A stretch of 45,110 nucleotides of DNA from an uncultured Bacilli bacterium (GCA_910586635.1 CAJUJA010000004.1:1-45110), one strand, 5' to 3'. Shown: positions 9,816-18,523, counted from the stretch's first letter. Numbers and translations: made by a program. The notes: a model not told the origin generated them from the letters alone.

Positions 9816-10003
9816 TGTTTTTTCAAAATAAGAATCCCAAGACAGAATTAGAAGGGCTAGATAGAGCATTAGAAATTTTACAAGATCGTTACGACAAAAA
9901 GGCAATTTCCATTGAAGTATTTTCTAAAAAATGTGAGGAAATTGCAAAGAAACGTGCTAAATATAAAAAAAAGTTAGAACGACAAGAAAGAAATTCTTAT
10001 TAA
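9815..10003 (+). CDS. small SHOCT-like domain protein
   Basis: TAATG overlap with the der stop. ALEILQDRYDKKAISIEVFSKKCEEIAKKR resembles the SHOCT short C-terminal domain pattern (ALeiLkeRYakGEIs.eEfe.kk). Confidence 0.45.
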   Translation: MFFQNKNPKTELEGLDRALEILQDRYDKKAISIEVFSKKCEEIAKKRAKYKKKLERQERNSY

Positions 10004-10065
10004 AGGATTTCTTTTATTATAAACATTATTTTATCTTTATCATATAATTTATTAGGAGGTTTATT

Positions 10066-10308
10066 ATGTTTGGAGATAGCTTTTTTAAAAGAGTCGAGAA
10101 AAAAACCAATGTAGATAAAAATACTATTTTATCCCTTGCTAAAAAATTACAAAATTCTAATAATATGAAAGATGAAAAAGTACTAAGAGATATGGTGCAG
10201 GAGATTTCAACTTTAACAGGAAGAAAGGTTGAAAAAGAAAGGGAAGACAAGATTGTAAATGCAATTATGAAAGATAATGTCCCAAAAGATATTGATAAAA
10301 TGTTTTAA
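10066..10308 (+). CDS. stage VI sporulation protein F-like (SpoVIF/YjcC family)
   Basis: 80-aa product: FFKRVEKKTNVDKNTILSLAKKLQNSNNMKDEKVLRDMVQEISTLTGRKVEKEREDKIVNAIMKDNVPKDIDKM. It follows the pattern I recall for SpoVIF (FFK..EKKTGV...LA..LQ.....DE..R..I...S...G..V....ED.IV.AI....P.D). An imperfect hairpin lies at 10317-10338 downstream. Confidence 0.55.
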   Translation: MFGDSFFKRVEKKTNVDKNTILSLAKKLQNSNNMKDEKVLRDMVQEISTLTGRKVEKEREDKIVNAIMKDNVPKDIDKMF

Positions 10309-10351
10309 GAGGCTGTAATGAAATAAAGTAATTTCATTCAGTTCTTTTTAA

Positions 10352-10380
10352 TTTAAATATTAAAAAACGCTAGATATAAT
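10352..10380 (+). promoter_or_regulatory. candidate sigmaA-type promoter upstream of the tandem-HTH ORF
   Basis: TTTAAA (10352-10357), 17-nt spacer, TATAAT (10375-10380). AT-rich background makes chance matches common. Confidence 0.3.
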
Positions 10381-10450
10381 AGTTGGGCTACTCTACTTAG
10401 AATAAACTATAGCAATTGAACTTATAAAATATTATTATCTTAGATGATAA

Positions 10451-10903
10451 AATAATGATGGTGATGTCTATATTATTAAAAGGTTAAGGGAAACAAGAGA
10501 AGATAACGAGGAAACACAACACGATATAGCAGATATATTAGAAGTCAAAAGAGGCAATTATGTTTCTTGGGAATGTGGTAGTGATATAATACCGCTAAAA
10601 AAATTATTTCAGTTTGCAAATCATTATAATGCTTCTATTGATTACATTTTAAATTTATCCAATGATAATATAAAAATAGTTTCTAATGCTAATTTAGATA
10701 CATCTATCATTAGTAGAAATTTACGAGAAATAAGATACAACCAAAAAATATCGCAATCTAAAATAGCTGAAAGTATTGGCATTAATCAATCAACTTGGTG
10801 GGTCTATGAAAATGGAATAACATATATAACTACATTAAATTTAATGACACTGTGTAAAAAATATAACTATTCTATTGATTGGATTTTAAATAGAAAAATC
10901 TAA
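10451..10903 (+). CDS. tandem-HTH XRE-family regulator lacking a canonical start codon
   Basis: The frame is open from 10451 to TAA at 10901-10903. It encodes IIKRLRETREDNEETQHDIADILEVKRGNYVSWECGSDIIPLKKLFQFANHYNASIDYILNL and a second HTH, ISRNLREIRYNQKISQSKIAESIGINQSTWWVYENGITYITTLNLMTLCKKYNYSIDWILN. No in-frame ATG/GTG/TTG occurs until near the 3' end. GGTGA at 10460-10464 lies 7 nt before ATT at 10472. An ATG-rich mini-ORF (10455-10487) sits in another frame. Confidence 0.55.
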   Translation, partial: NNDGDVYIIKRLRETREDNEETQHDIADILEVKRGNYVSWECGSDIIPLKKLFQFANHYNASIDYILNLSNDNIKIVSNANLDTSIISRNLREIRYNQKISQSKIAESIGINQSTWWVYENGITYITTLNLMTLCKKYNYSIDWILNRKI

Positions 10904-11103
10904 CTATTAAAAATCAATTAATTTATTATCTCTTTCGATTTATATAAAGATTCATATTTAATAATATTATAGGATATACTATTATAAACAAAATTATTAA
11001 GATAAGTGATAATAGTCAAAATGCAAAAAAAACAAATATATTATCATTAATTTTTTATTACAAATATACTTTTTCTAAAGTGGCAGCTTCTATTTACATT
11101 AAT

Positions 11104-11138
11104 AAAAAAGCATCACATCACTTGTGATTACTTTTTTT
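11104..11138. terminator. bidirectional hairpin terminator between the convergent tandem-HTH gene and the Rhs operon
   Basis: ATCACA-tcact-TGTGAT (11112-11128) is flanked by an A-run on the left and TTTTTTT (11132-11138) on the right. Confidence 0.55.
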
Positions 11139-11216
11139 ATGGCACAGTATAAATCTGTGATTGACTTTCTTAAAGATATCAGAAATGCCATTTACTAAAA
11201 ATATGTCATTAGAAAT

Positions 11217-11681
11217 TTAGTCCTCTTCAACATAATACCACTTATTTTTTAATTTCCTTTTTTTATCTACGTAATGCCATTCATAATCATTATAATTATT
11301 GAAATACACTATATTCTGTGCAAAATTAATTTGAGAATTAAAGCATATTATTATATTATTCTTTTCTTTTTGAATATATTCTACATCAAACTTTTCTATG
11401 AAAGTAGCAATATTTTTATAGCTTTTTTTCAATTCATTAGCACTGATAACAGAGTGTTCTTTATTAATATCCAGTTCATATAGGGAATTGTTTTTTCTTA
11501 AAGTCATAGACTCATAATTTTGATTTAATAATTCATCTTTTAAACTATTAAATTCATTTTGATTCATATAATAATACATCATGATTTTAAAAGAATTTTC
11601 TTTTGCCGAAGGAAAAAATATAATAATTAACATAATACTATATATAACACCAAATAGAGTTAATAAAAACAGTTTTTTCAT
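11217..11681 (-). CDS. candidate cognate immunity protein of the Rhs toxin (small membrane-anchored protein)
   Basis: 154-aa ORF starting 19 nt after the Rhs stop, with a gaggtg RBS. N-terminal hydrophobic segment MKKLFLLTLFGVIYSIMLIIIFFPSA. No recognised family. The immunity assignment rests on position only. Confidence 0.5.
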   Translation of the reverse strand: MKKLFLLTLFGVIYSIMLIIIFFPSAKENSFKIMMYYYMNQNEFNSLKDELLNQNYESMTLRKNNSLYELDINKEHSVISANELKKSYKNIATFIEKFDVEYIQKEKNNIIICFNSQINFAQNIVYFNNYNDYEWHYVDKKRKLKNKWYYVEED

Positions 11682-11700
11682 AAATTAGCACCTCATATAA

Positions 11701-14700
11701 TTAAATTTGTTTTCGCCACATTTCTATTCCTTTTTTTATTGCCTTATGATCATTAGGATCATCACAATAATATGGACCTATTAAAATTTTAGGAGTAGCA
11801 CCACAATGAGCATATCCGCCACCCATATATAATAATTCATCAGAAAATCCCATAGCTTTGCCAACATATCCATAATGTATATTCCCAAAATCTTCTGCAT
11901 CAATCACTTCTCCATTGAATATAAATTTTCCATTATTTTTCAAATATGGAACATCAAACTCCTTCTCCCATATTTCTTCTCTTTTATAATCCCATTCCTG
12001 TTTATGATTAACCTGATTTTTAAAATAGTCTAATGCAGCAGCTTGACTCAAAGTTCTACTATAATAATTAGCTTCTAGAGCATTTTGGTGTAATACCTTA
12101 TTTAATTCAGCACTATAATTAGGCAAATTATTATTATTTTTTTTTGTTGTTTTTTTTGTTGCTTTTTTATTTTTGTTTTTACTAGTAATACTACTTACTA
12201 CCTTAGCTACTTTCTTTACAACTTTGTTAACAACAGATTTAACCTTTTTAAATATTGATTTTAAACTAGTTCCATTATTGTCATAATTATTAATAGGATT
12301 ATTACTTACATATGCATACAAATTACATGATATTATGTCCTGATTTGAACCTAATATAACATCTGGGCTAATAAATCTTCCCCATTTAGGATTATAGTAT
12401 CTATTGTTCAAATAATATAATCCTGTTTCCTCATCATAGTAATAACTTCTATATCTAATTGGGTTTATTTTACCTATATGATTATTGTCAGTAATTTCAA
12501 TACTATTTGAATCTTTTACTGAAATTAAGTCTCCCCAACTGTCATATTCATAAGTTACTATCTTTTCTCCATTTTCATTTAATATTCCTATTACATCATC
12601 TTGCATATTTTTTAAATAAAAATATATATTTTCATTATATTTAAATCCTATTAACCCATCAATATCATATATATAGTATATCATATCATTATTTCTTTTT
12701 TCAAATATAATATTATTATTTATAGTCTTATATTTTGTGCATATACCATTAACAACTTTAGATAACCTTACGCCATTTAAATCATATGCATAATTAACTA
12801 ATATACCATTATCCTCATCTATATATGACTTTAGAGAGTTTCCATCAATCCAAGTTAAACTAGCAGTCCCAATATTAATAGGATTACCAATAGCATCATA
12901 TGATATATTTTCTTCATCAAAGCAAGTCAATTGATCTTCCCAATTAATATTATTATATTGATAAACATGTGTTTTTATAATCGCATTATTACTATTATCA
13001 TATATAGTCTTATTTATAATATTTCCAGAAATATCATATGAATAATCTATATGAGTACCACTATCATAGTTATATTCACTTATTAATTCATTAAAATCAT
13101 CATACTCATAATGTTTTTGTAATTCATCATCATTAAAAATATCAGTTATATTATATAATTGGTCATAAATATATGTATTTTTGCTTCCATTAATTATAAA
13201 ATCTCTTATCATATTGCTTGTTCTTTTTCCATGTGTTAAATAATTAATTTTCAAATTCAAAATACTGCCAATCATTTTTTTATTCATTCTATTTAAGTCA
13301 TCATACTCATAATTAATAATCATATTGTCGTCAGATAACTCAATTACATTCTCATAGCTATCAAAGTTCATATCTTGGCTATGTTCTATATTATCGAATA
13401 TATATTTTTTCTGGACAATATTATTATTGGAATCATATTTATATTTGGTAATAAATTGTTCCTCTTGATACATATATAGTCTATTACTTTCGTCATAATA
13501 AAATTTAGTTTGTCCATAGTTAGATATAATCTTTGATATATTTCCATTATTATTATATTTATATAGATATACATTATCCATCTTCGTTATTTTACTTACT
13601 CTATCAAAATAATCATACTCGAAGTTAATAATATTGTCATTTCCATACAAAATTGATATCAAATTACCATTGTTAGATTCATAGTTATTCTGTAAAAATA
13701 CTATTTGTTCACCCAAAGAAGTTTCCACTATATTTAAAAAGTCATCATATTTTAATTTAAAAATTTTATTTCCCTGACAAATTTCAGAAATTAAATTTTT
13801 ATTATTGTAATGATATATTATTTTTCTTCCATTAAAATCACATGACACTAATTGTTGTCTATCATTATATTCATATGTAGTTATATTTCCCTTTGGATCT
13901 GTACTTGACTCTAATAATCCTGTATTTTGATTATAAGAATACAAGGTTGTATTAAGATTACTATCTGTAAAACTATTTATAAACTTATTATCTTTACTAT
14001 ATGTATATTCTATTTCAGTAAATATGCTTTCTTTTGTTTCAATATAAAACTCAGTTCCAGATTTATCACCATCAAGCACCTTCGTTGATAATAAATTACC
14101 ATTTGCAACAACATACTTTGATACAACCCCATTTGAAGTTATATCTTCATATACTATACTATAAGAATAATCATCATTCTTCAACAATTTAAATAAATTA
14201 TTTGTAGCACTATTTTCTAGAAAAATGTTTCCATCTCTATATGTCATAACATAATCTGGATTCATTAAATAACTGATTTTATAGAAATCTCCCTGTTTTT
14301 CAAATTTCCATAGTGTATTACTACAGTTATTCTCCTCCAAAAGAATATTATTTAACTCTGCTTTAAAGAAACTATTTGTTCCTTTTTCTCTAATTCTAAA
14401 TATACCTCCATCAATTTCTTTAACATATAATTTTGATGTTCTCATTTCAACTGGATTTCCAAAATCATTATATATCATTTTATTAGAAACACCATTATCT
14501 GCTATCATATTTATTACTCGATCTTTTTTAATTTTATCATATTCATATTTAAAACTATTATTTAACGAATTAGTAATACTTATTATTTTATTACTCTCAT
14601 CATATTTAAATGACTCACTATTCTTTGACTGATCTTCTATAGAAATTAAATTTCCTTTTTCGTCATAATTATATTCACCACTTGTGACATTTTTATAAAA

Positions 14701-17700
14701 AGATAAATTTGTTAAATATAACTTATTTGCATCCCCATTTTGAAATAAAGAAATTGTAATTGACTTAAAATCTTCTATTGCCACTTCTTTATTAATATAA
14801 TATTGCCATACATTTTCACTAGTCACTGGTAAAACATAAGAGGATATACAATGACCAAAATCGTCATTGTATGGTTCATAAAATATTGAAATATTAGATG
14901 CTGTATAAGGAGCATATTGTACTATTCCATCATACTTATACCAAAATGCCAGTGTATAAACATCTCCTTTTTTACCTTTTATATCAAATTTTTTATTAAT
15001 ATTTGTAGAATTTAGAGGATTCATTTCTATTCTCAATGCTTTATCATTATTATCATTTATACTAACAACTTTAATATAATCATTGGGATTTAATTCTTGC
15101 TCACCTCTACTGGCAGATAAACTCCATCCTGATAATCCCTGTGAAAAATTAGAATTTTCCAAGATATTATAATAGTTAGCAACTTCTCCAGTTTCTAATT
15201 GAATATCATCTACATAAATAATTCCAATATCTTGCAGTACAATCTTAATTTTCAAATCACTGGTAGCTTCTTCATCATAATATATTGTTGTATCAGTTCT
15301 TTCAAACTCATCAGACACCTTAATAGTTTCGGAGCTTTCTATTTCATTATCCTTACTATCAAAGTATGATAAAGAAATATATGCTGCAATATTACTTTTT
15401 ATATATGCGCTAAATGTATAGTATTGTCCTTTTTTAATAATAACATCCTGTTCAATACATCTGTTATTCGAGCTTGATTGTAATTTTAAACTTCTTAATC
15501 CTGAATGATAAAATTCTGTATCAAAATTTTTTGTTATTCCATCTTCAGATATAAAATAATCATTGTCAACTTCAAAACTTGTATTTTTTAATAAATTGTT
15601 TATATGCCTAATAGGAATCACATCTGAAACTATATCATTATTTTCATTATATTCTTCTTTAATCGAATATGCATTGGTAATATCATTAATAGATTTTAAA
15701 TTACTTTTTGATACCACATTACCATTAGTATTGTACGCAAGCAATTCTACTCTACCCTTATGATCTATAATGGTTGTACAACCTAATCCATATTCAAGTG
15801 TATAAAATTGCCCTATTTTATGATTCAATCCATATTGAATAACTTTTTTTACTCTATAAGGACTTTTTTCATAATACTCATAATTTATTTTTAAACCAGT
15901 AACATCGGTAATTCCAGAAATTACATTAGTTGATGCATATTCAAATAAAGTTTTCCCATTTTTTGTATTAATTGAAGTAAGAATGTCATTTTCATATTGT
16001 AATGTAACTATTTCACTCTGACTATTTATAATTATTTTATCTTCAGCATAGGTTATATTAATTATATTATCAAAACTATCAGTAATTTTATTAATTGAAT
16101 TATTTTGGTTTAATATAATGCTAATTTCATTTCCATTACTATCTTTGATTTTTGTTAAATGGTATATATCACCTATCTTAGTAAAGGTTTTTATTTCACC
16201 ATTACTACTTGTCATTATGTAGTCTAAGTTATCTTTTACAATACTTAATCCTAAACCATCTTCATCATAATAACTATTTTTATCTTGTGAAGAATCAAAT
16301 CCATATCCGCCAAGATTAAAATAATGAATAGTACCATCTTCATCAATATATTGTAGTCTATTTTCATCTTGCTCTTTTATATATTGTTCTAGATTTAACT
16401 TAAACCCTTTCCCAAAAAAAGTACTATTTTCTAAAATAACATCATTAGTATTATAAACCAATTCTAAACCTACAGGAATTGCTCCTCCTATTGTTTTCCC
16501 TAAACTAAATACTGAAGTAATATTACCATTATATGTATTAATATATGAAACCCCATCTGTAAAATTTTGCTTTTTATAATCCCAATAAGTCTCTAAACCA
16601 TTTTGATTACGATATGTTATAGCTGCAATTGGTTTAGGATTTCCTGATACTTGATTTTCTGTAGAAAAAAACATTGGAAAATCATCATCAACATATTCTT
16701 CATTACAAGATTTTATCATTATACCATAATTTGGAGTATCACGATACCACTTCTTCACTAAATTGGTTATATCAAAACCAGTGGTTCTATAACTTAAGGT
16801 AGAATTAACAATAGTTGATCTTTCAAATTCATATACAGATTCGACTCTATTATTGAATTTATCATTCATCACATTCCAAGTTGCTGTATTAACATCCCAA
16901 TCTGAAGTTACTTGATGAGTTTCCATTAAATAAACTTTTGAAGAAGTATTAGAAGTAGATTTAACATAAGGAACAACATATAATGCTGCATCAATAATTT
17001 CACTACCTGTTCCTATTTGTGGCAAAGTAAATTTGATAAGTGTCCTATTAATTCTATCTACACCGTTGATATGTTCTACTCCTGCTTTTAAATAATGTTT
17101 TGCATTTCTATTGTCATTATTATCACCTGGATAAATATATGTATCATATAAAGAAAGTTCATTGTTTTCATTCGTTATAGTTGGATCTATATAGACTGGA
17201 AATATTCTTTTTTCAGAACTCAACCACTCATCGTCCAAAACCAACGTCAAAATATATCCATCATCAAAACTATTAAGTAAATAATGAATACTATCATTTC
17301 TTATTTCATTCGAATCCATCATATATGGTTTTTCAATTTTAAATATAATTTGCCCCTTTTCATTCTTAGCTATTATCTCCCCATCTTCATTTGATAAAAT
17401 TAGATCAGTATCTAATTCAAAATTTAATTCTGAATAATTAGCGTTTTGTAATACAATTGTTTCCTTTACCTTATTTGATAAAGTTTGATATTCAACTTTA
17501 ATATCATCAGTAATATTATTATAAGTAATATTTTGCATTTTTTTAGAAATTTTTCTTTTTTCAGATTTAAGATTGCCTATACTTGATTGTCTAATCTTAA
17601 AATCTATATAATGATCATCCTTAGTCATCTTCATTAATGAATCTCTAAAATTTTCTTTAAATTCGACTTTATAATCATTATTTTTATTTCTTAATACACC

Positions 17701-17859
17701 ATTCTCACATACCAAAGTATTATCAATTTCTTCATACTTTCCATCTTTCAAATAATGAATATCTGTATCATATACTTCAGCAAGAATTGTACCATCTTCT
17801 CTTAGAAAATGTTTTTCACGAGGTTTTCTTTTTTCTATTAGTTCAATTTGCTTCATCAT
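11701..17859 (-). CDS. Rhs/YD-repeat polymorphic toxin, 2052 aa, no recognisable export signal
   Basis: Many YD repeats (YSYNQNTGLLESSTDPKGNITTYEYNDRQQLVS, YKYNNNGNISKI, YEYDDLNRMNKK, YSYDISGNIINK, ISYDAIGNPINIG). Rhs-associated core at aa ~1765-1865 (VTYEYDSWGDLISV...INPIRYRSYYYDEETGLYYLNNRYYNPKWGRFISPD...NLYAYVSNNPINNYDNNGT). A Lys-rich linker and a 187-aa C-terminal domain follow. Two CBM4_9/galactose-binding-like modules at aa ~753-892 and ~897-1057 (NLLKNTSFEVDNDYF; NILENSNFSQGLSGWSLS). A possible beta-trefoil lectin insert at aa ~1150-1278 (TLWKF, NLFKL). The N-terminus MMKQIELIEKRKPREKHFLRED is hydrophilic. Confidence 0.9.
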   Translation of the reverse strand: MMKQIELIEKRKPREKHFLREDGTILAEVYDTDIHYLKDGKYEEIDNTLVCENGVLRNKNNDYKVEFKENFRDSLMKMTKDDHYIDFKIRQSSIGNLKSEKRKISKKMQNITYNNITDDIKVEYQTLSNKVKETIVLQNANYSELNFELDTDLILSNEDGEIIAKNEKGQIIFKIEKPYMMDSNEIRNDSIHYLLNSFDDGYILTLVLDDEWLSSEKRIFPVYIDPTITNENNELSLYDTYIYPGDNNDNRNAKHYLKAGVEHINGVDRINRTLIKFTLPQIGTGSEIIDAALYVVPYVKSTSNTSSKVYLMETHQVTSDWDVNTATWNVMNDKFNNRVESVYEFERSTIVNSTLSYRTTGFDITNLVKKWYRDTPNYGIMIKSCNEEYVDDDFPMFFSTENQVSGNPKPIAAITYRNQNGLETYWDYKKQNFTDGVSYINTYNGNITSVFSLGKTIGGAIPVGLELVYNTNDVILENSTFFGKGFKLNLEQYIKEQDENRLQYIDEDGTIHYFNLGGYGFDSSQDKNSYYDEDGLGLSIVKDNLDYIMTSSNGEIKTFTKIGDIYHLTKIKDSNGNEISIILNQNNSINKITDSFDNIINITYAEDKIIINSQSEIVTLQYENDILTSINTKNGKTLFEYASTNVISGITDVTGLKINYEYYEKSPYRVKKVIQYGLNHKIGQFYTLEYGLGCTTIIDHKGRVELLAYNTNGNVVSKSNLKSINDITNAYSIKEEYNENNDIVSDVIPIRHINNLLKNTSFEVDNDYFISEDGITKNFDTEFYHSGLRSLKLQSSSNNRCIEQDVIIKKGQYYTFSAYIKSNIAAYISLSYFDSKDNEIESSETIKVSDEFERTDTTIYYDEEATSDLKIKIVLQDIGIIYVDDIQLETGEVANYYNILENSNFSQGLSGWSLSASRGEQELNPNDYIKVVSINDNNDKALRIEMNPLNSTNINKKFDIKGKKGDVYTLAFWYKYDGIVQYAPYTASNISIFYEPYNDDFGHCISSYVLPVTSENVWQYYINKEVAIEDFKSITISLFQNGDANKLYLTNLSFYKNVTSGEYNYDEKGNLISIEDQSKNSESFKYDESNKIISITNSLNNSFKYEYDKIKKDRVINMIADNGVSNKMIYNDFGNPVEMRTSKLYVKEIDGGIFRIREKGTNSFFKAELNNILLEENNCSNTLWKFEKQGDFYKISYLMNPDYVMTYRDGNIFLENSATNNLFKLLKNDDYSYSIVYEDITSNGVVSKYVVANGNLLSTKVLDGDKSGTEFYIETKESIFTEIEYTYSKDNKFINSFTDSNLNTTLYSYNQNTGLLESSTDPKGNITTYEYNDRQQLVSCDFNGRKIIYHYNNKNLISEICQGNKIFKLKYDDFLNIVETSLGEQIVFLQNNYESNNGNLISILYGNDNIINFEYDYFDRVSKITKMDNVYLYKYNNNGNISKIISNYGQTKFYYDESNRLYMYQEEQFITKYKYDSNNNIVQKKYIFDNIEHSQDMNFDSYENVIELSDDNMIINYEYDDLNRMNKKMIGSILNLKINYLTHGKRTSNMIRDFIINGSKNTYIYDQLYNITDIFNDDELQKHYEYDDFNELISEYNYDSGTHIDYSYDISGNIINKTIYDNSNNAIIKTHVYQYNNINWEDQLTCFDEENISYDAIGNPINIGTASLTWIDGNSLKSYIDEDNGILVNYAYDLNGVRLSKVVNGICTKYKTINNNIIFEKRNNDMIYYIYDIDGLIGFKYNENIYFYLKNMQDDVIGILNENGEKIVTYEYDSWGDLISVKDSNSIEITDNNHIGKINPIRYRSYYYDEETGLYYLNNRYYNPKWGRFISPDVILGSNQDIISCNLYAYVSNNPINNYDNNGTSLKSIFKKVKSVVNKVVKKVAKVVSSITSKNKNKKATKKTTKKNNNNLPNYSAELNKVLHQNALEANYYSRTLSQAAALDYFKNQVNHKQEWDYKREEIWEKEFDVPYLKNNGKFIFNGEVIDAEDFGNIHYGYVGKAMGFSDELLYMGGGYAHCGATPKILIGPYYCDDPNDHKAIKKGIEMWRKQI

Positions 17860-17868
17860 AATACTCTC

Positions 17869-18417
17869 CTAACTAATTCTTTTCCACATATAAACTGCAA
17901 GATATGGAGGCATATTATTGTGAGCACCATTTCCACCAGTTTTTTGACATCCAGAAATATCTCCTCCTATTATTGCATTTCCATTTCCATGAAATGGCAC
18001 ACCTTTTCCTGAATTTCCAGACCCATCATGGGAATGAAATATTAAGGCATGTGCATGGCTTGGCATTTCTGAAGTAGTAAGTTTATGTGTTTCCTCACCA
18101 CCAATTGATCCATTTTGGTAGGTATTTCCACATGCTAATAGAAATTTATCTTTAATTTGTTCCCAACTTCCTCCAAAAAGAAACCCTGGATCTTTTTCAT
18201 TTGTTGAAATATAAATAGAACCAACTGGATACATAGCATTCAATAATGTATCTGAAATTAAGGCATCCGTCTTCAAACTTTTCACTGCTAAGTTTCCTTC
18301 ACTATCTAATTCAAATTTATTATTTTTAGAAGTAACACAAGTTACATTTAAGTTGTTTACTTCTAAATTTGTATTTTCTCCTTCTTTTGTAAAAGCATTT
18401 GTTATATAATCATTCAT
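17869..18417 (-). CDS. phage tail-collar / baseplate-fibre-type protein
   Basis: YPVGSIYISTNEKDPGFLFGGSWEQIKDKFLLACG...GGEETHKLTTSEMPSHAH...GGNGAHNNMPPYLAVYMWKRIS matches the pattern of Firmicute phage tail-collar domain proteins (P.GSIY..., GG.W, LT..EMPSH.H, HNN.PPY..VY.WKR). Its TAG stop lies within the RBS (taggagag) of the Rhs gene 10 nt downstream. Confidence 0.6.
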   Translation of the reverse strand: MNDYITNAFTKEGENTNLEVNNLNVTCVTSKNNKFELDSEGNLAVKSLKTDALISDTLLNAMYPVGSIYISTNEKDPGFLFGGSWEQIKDKFLLACGNTYQNGSIGGEETHKLTTSEMPSHAHALIFHSHDGSGNSGKGVPFHGNGNAIIGGDISGCQKTGGNGAHNNMPPYLAVYMWKRIS

Positions 18418-18458
18418 TTTCTTCTCCTCTTTTCATTTATAATTTTGTATATAACTTT

Positions 18459-18487
18459 TTTATATTAAGTATTGTTAAGCAAGTAAA
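18459..18487 (-). promoter_or_regulatory. candidate sigmaA-type promoter for the tail-collar/Rhs/immunity operon
   Basis: Minus strand reads TTTACT (18487-18482), 17-nt spacer, TATAAA (18464-18459), about 40 nt upstream of the ATG at 18417. Weak evidence in AT-rich DNA. Confidence 0.3.
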
Positions 18488-18523
18488 TAACATCTAGCAT
18501 TTTATTAAACTTTCAAATCATAT

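Noticed and set aside
13386-15763. Short ORFs 13386..13574 (-, alternate frame) and 15563..15763 (+) within the Rhs gene
   Set aside because: Both are embedded in the 6.2-kb Rhs reading frame, with repetitive I/N/Y-rich or low-complexity translations and no translation signals. They are by-products of AT-rich repeat coding.
11701-17859. Rhs protein as a Sec-exported WapA-type or T7SS (LXG) or T6SS (PAAR) effector
   Set aside because: The N-terminal 40 residues are charged and hydrophilic, with no signal-peptide-like hydrophobic core. No LXG-like helical N-domain, WXG100 genes, EssC or PAAR/VgrG genes occur in the window. This cannot be fully excluded without profile searches and the rest of the genome.
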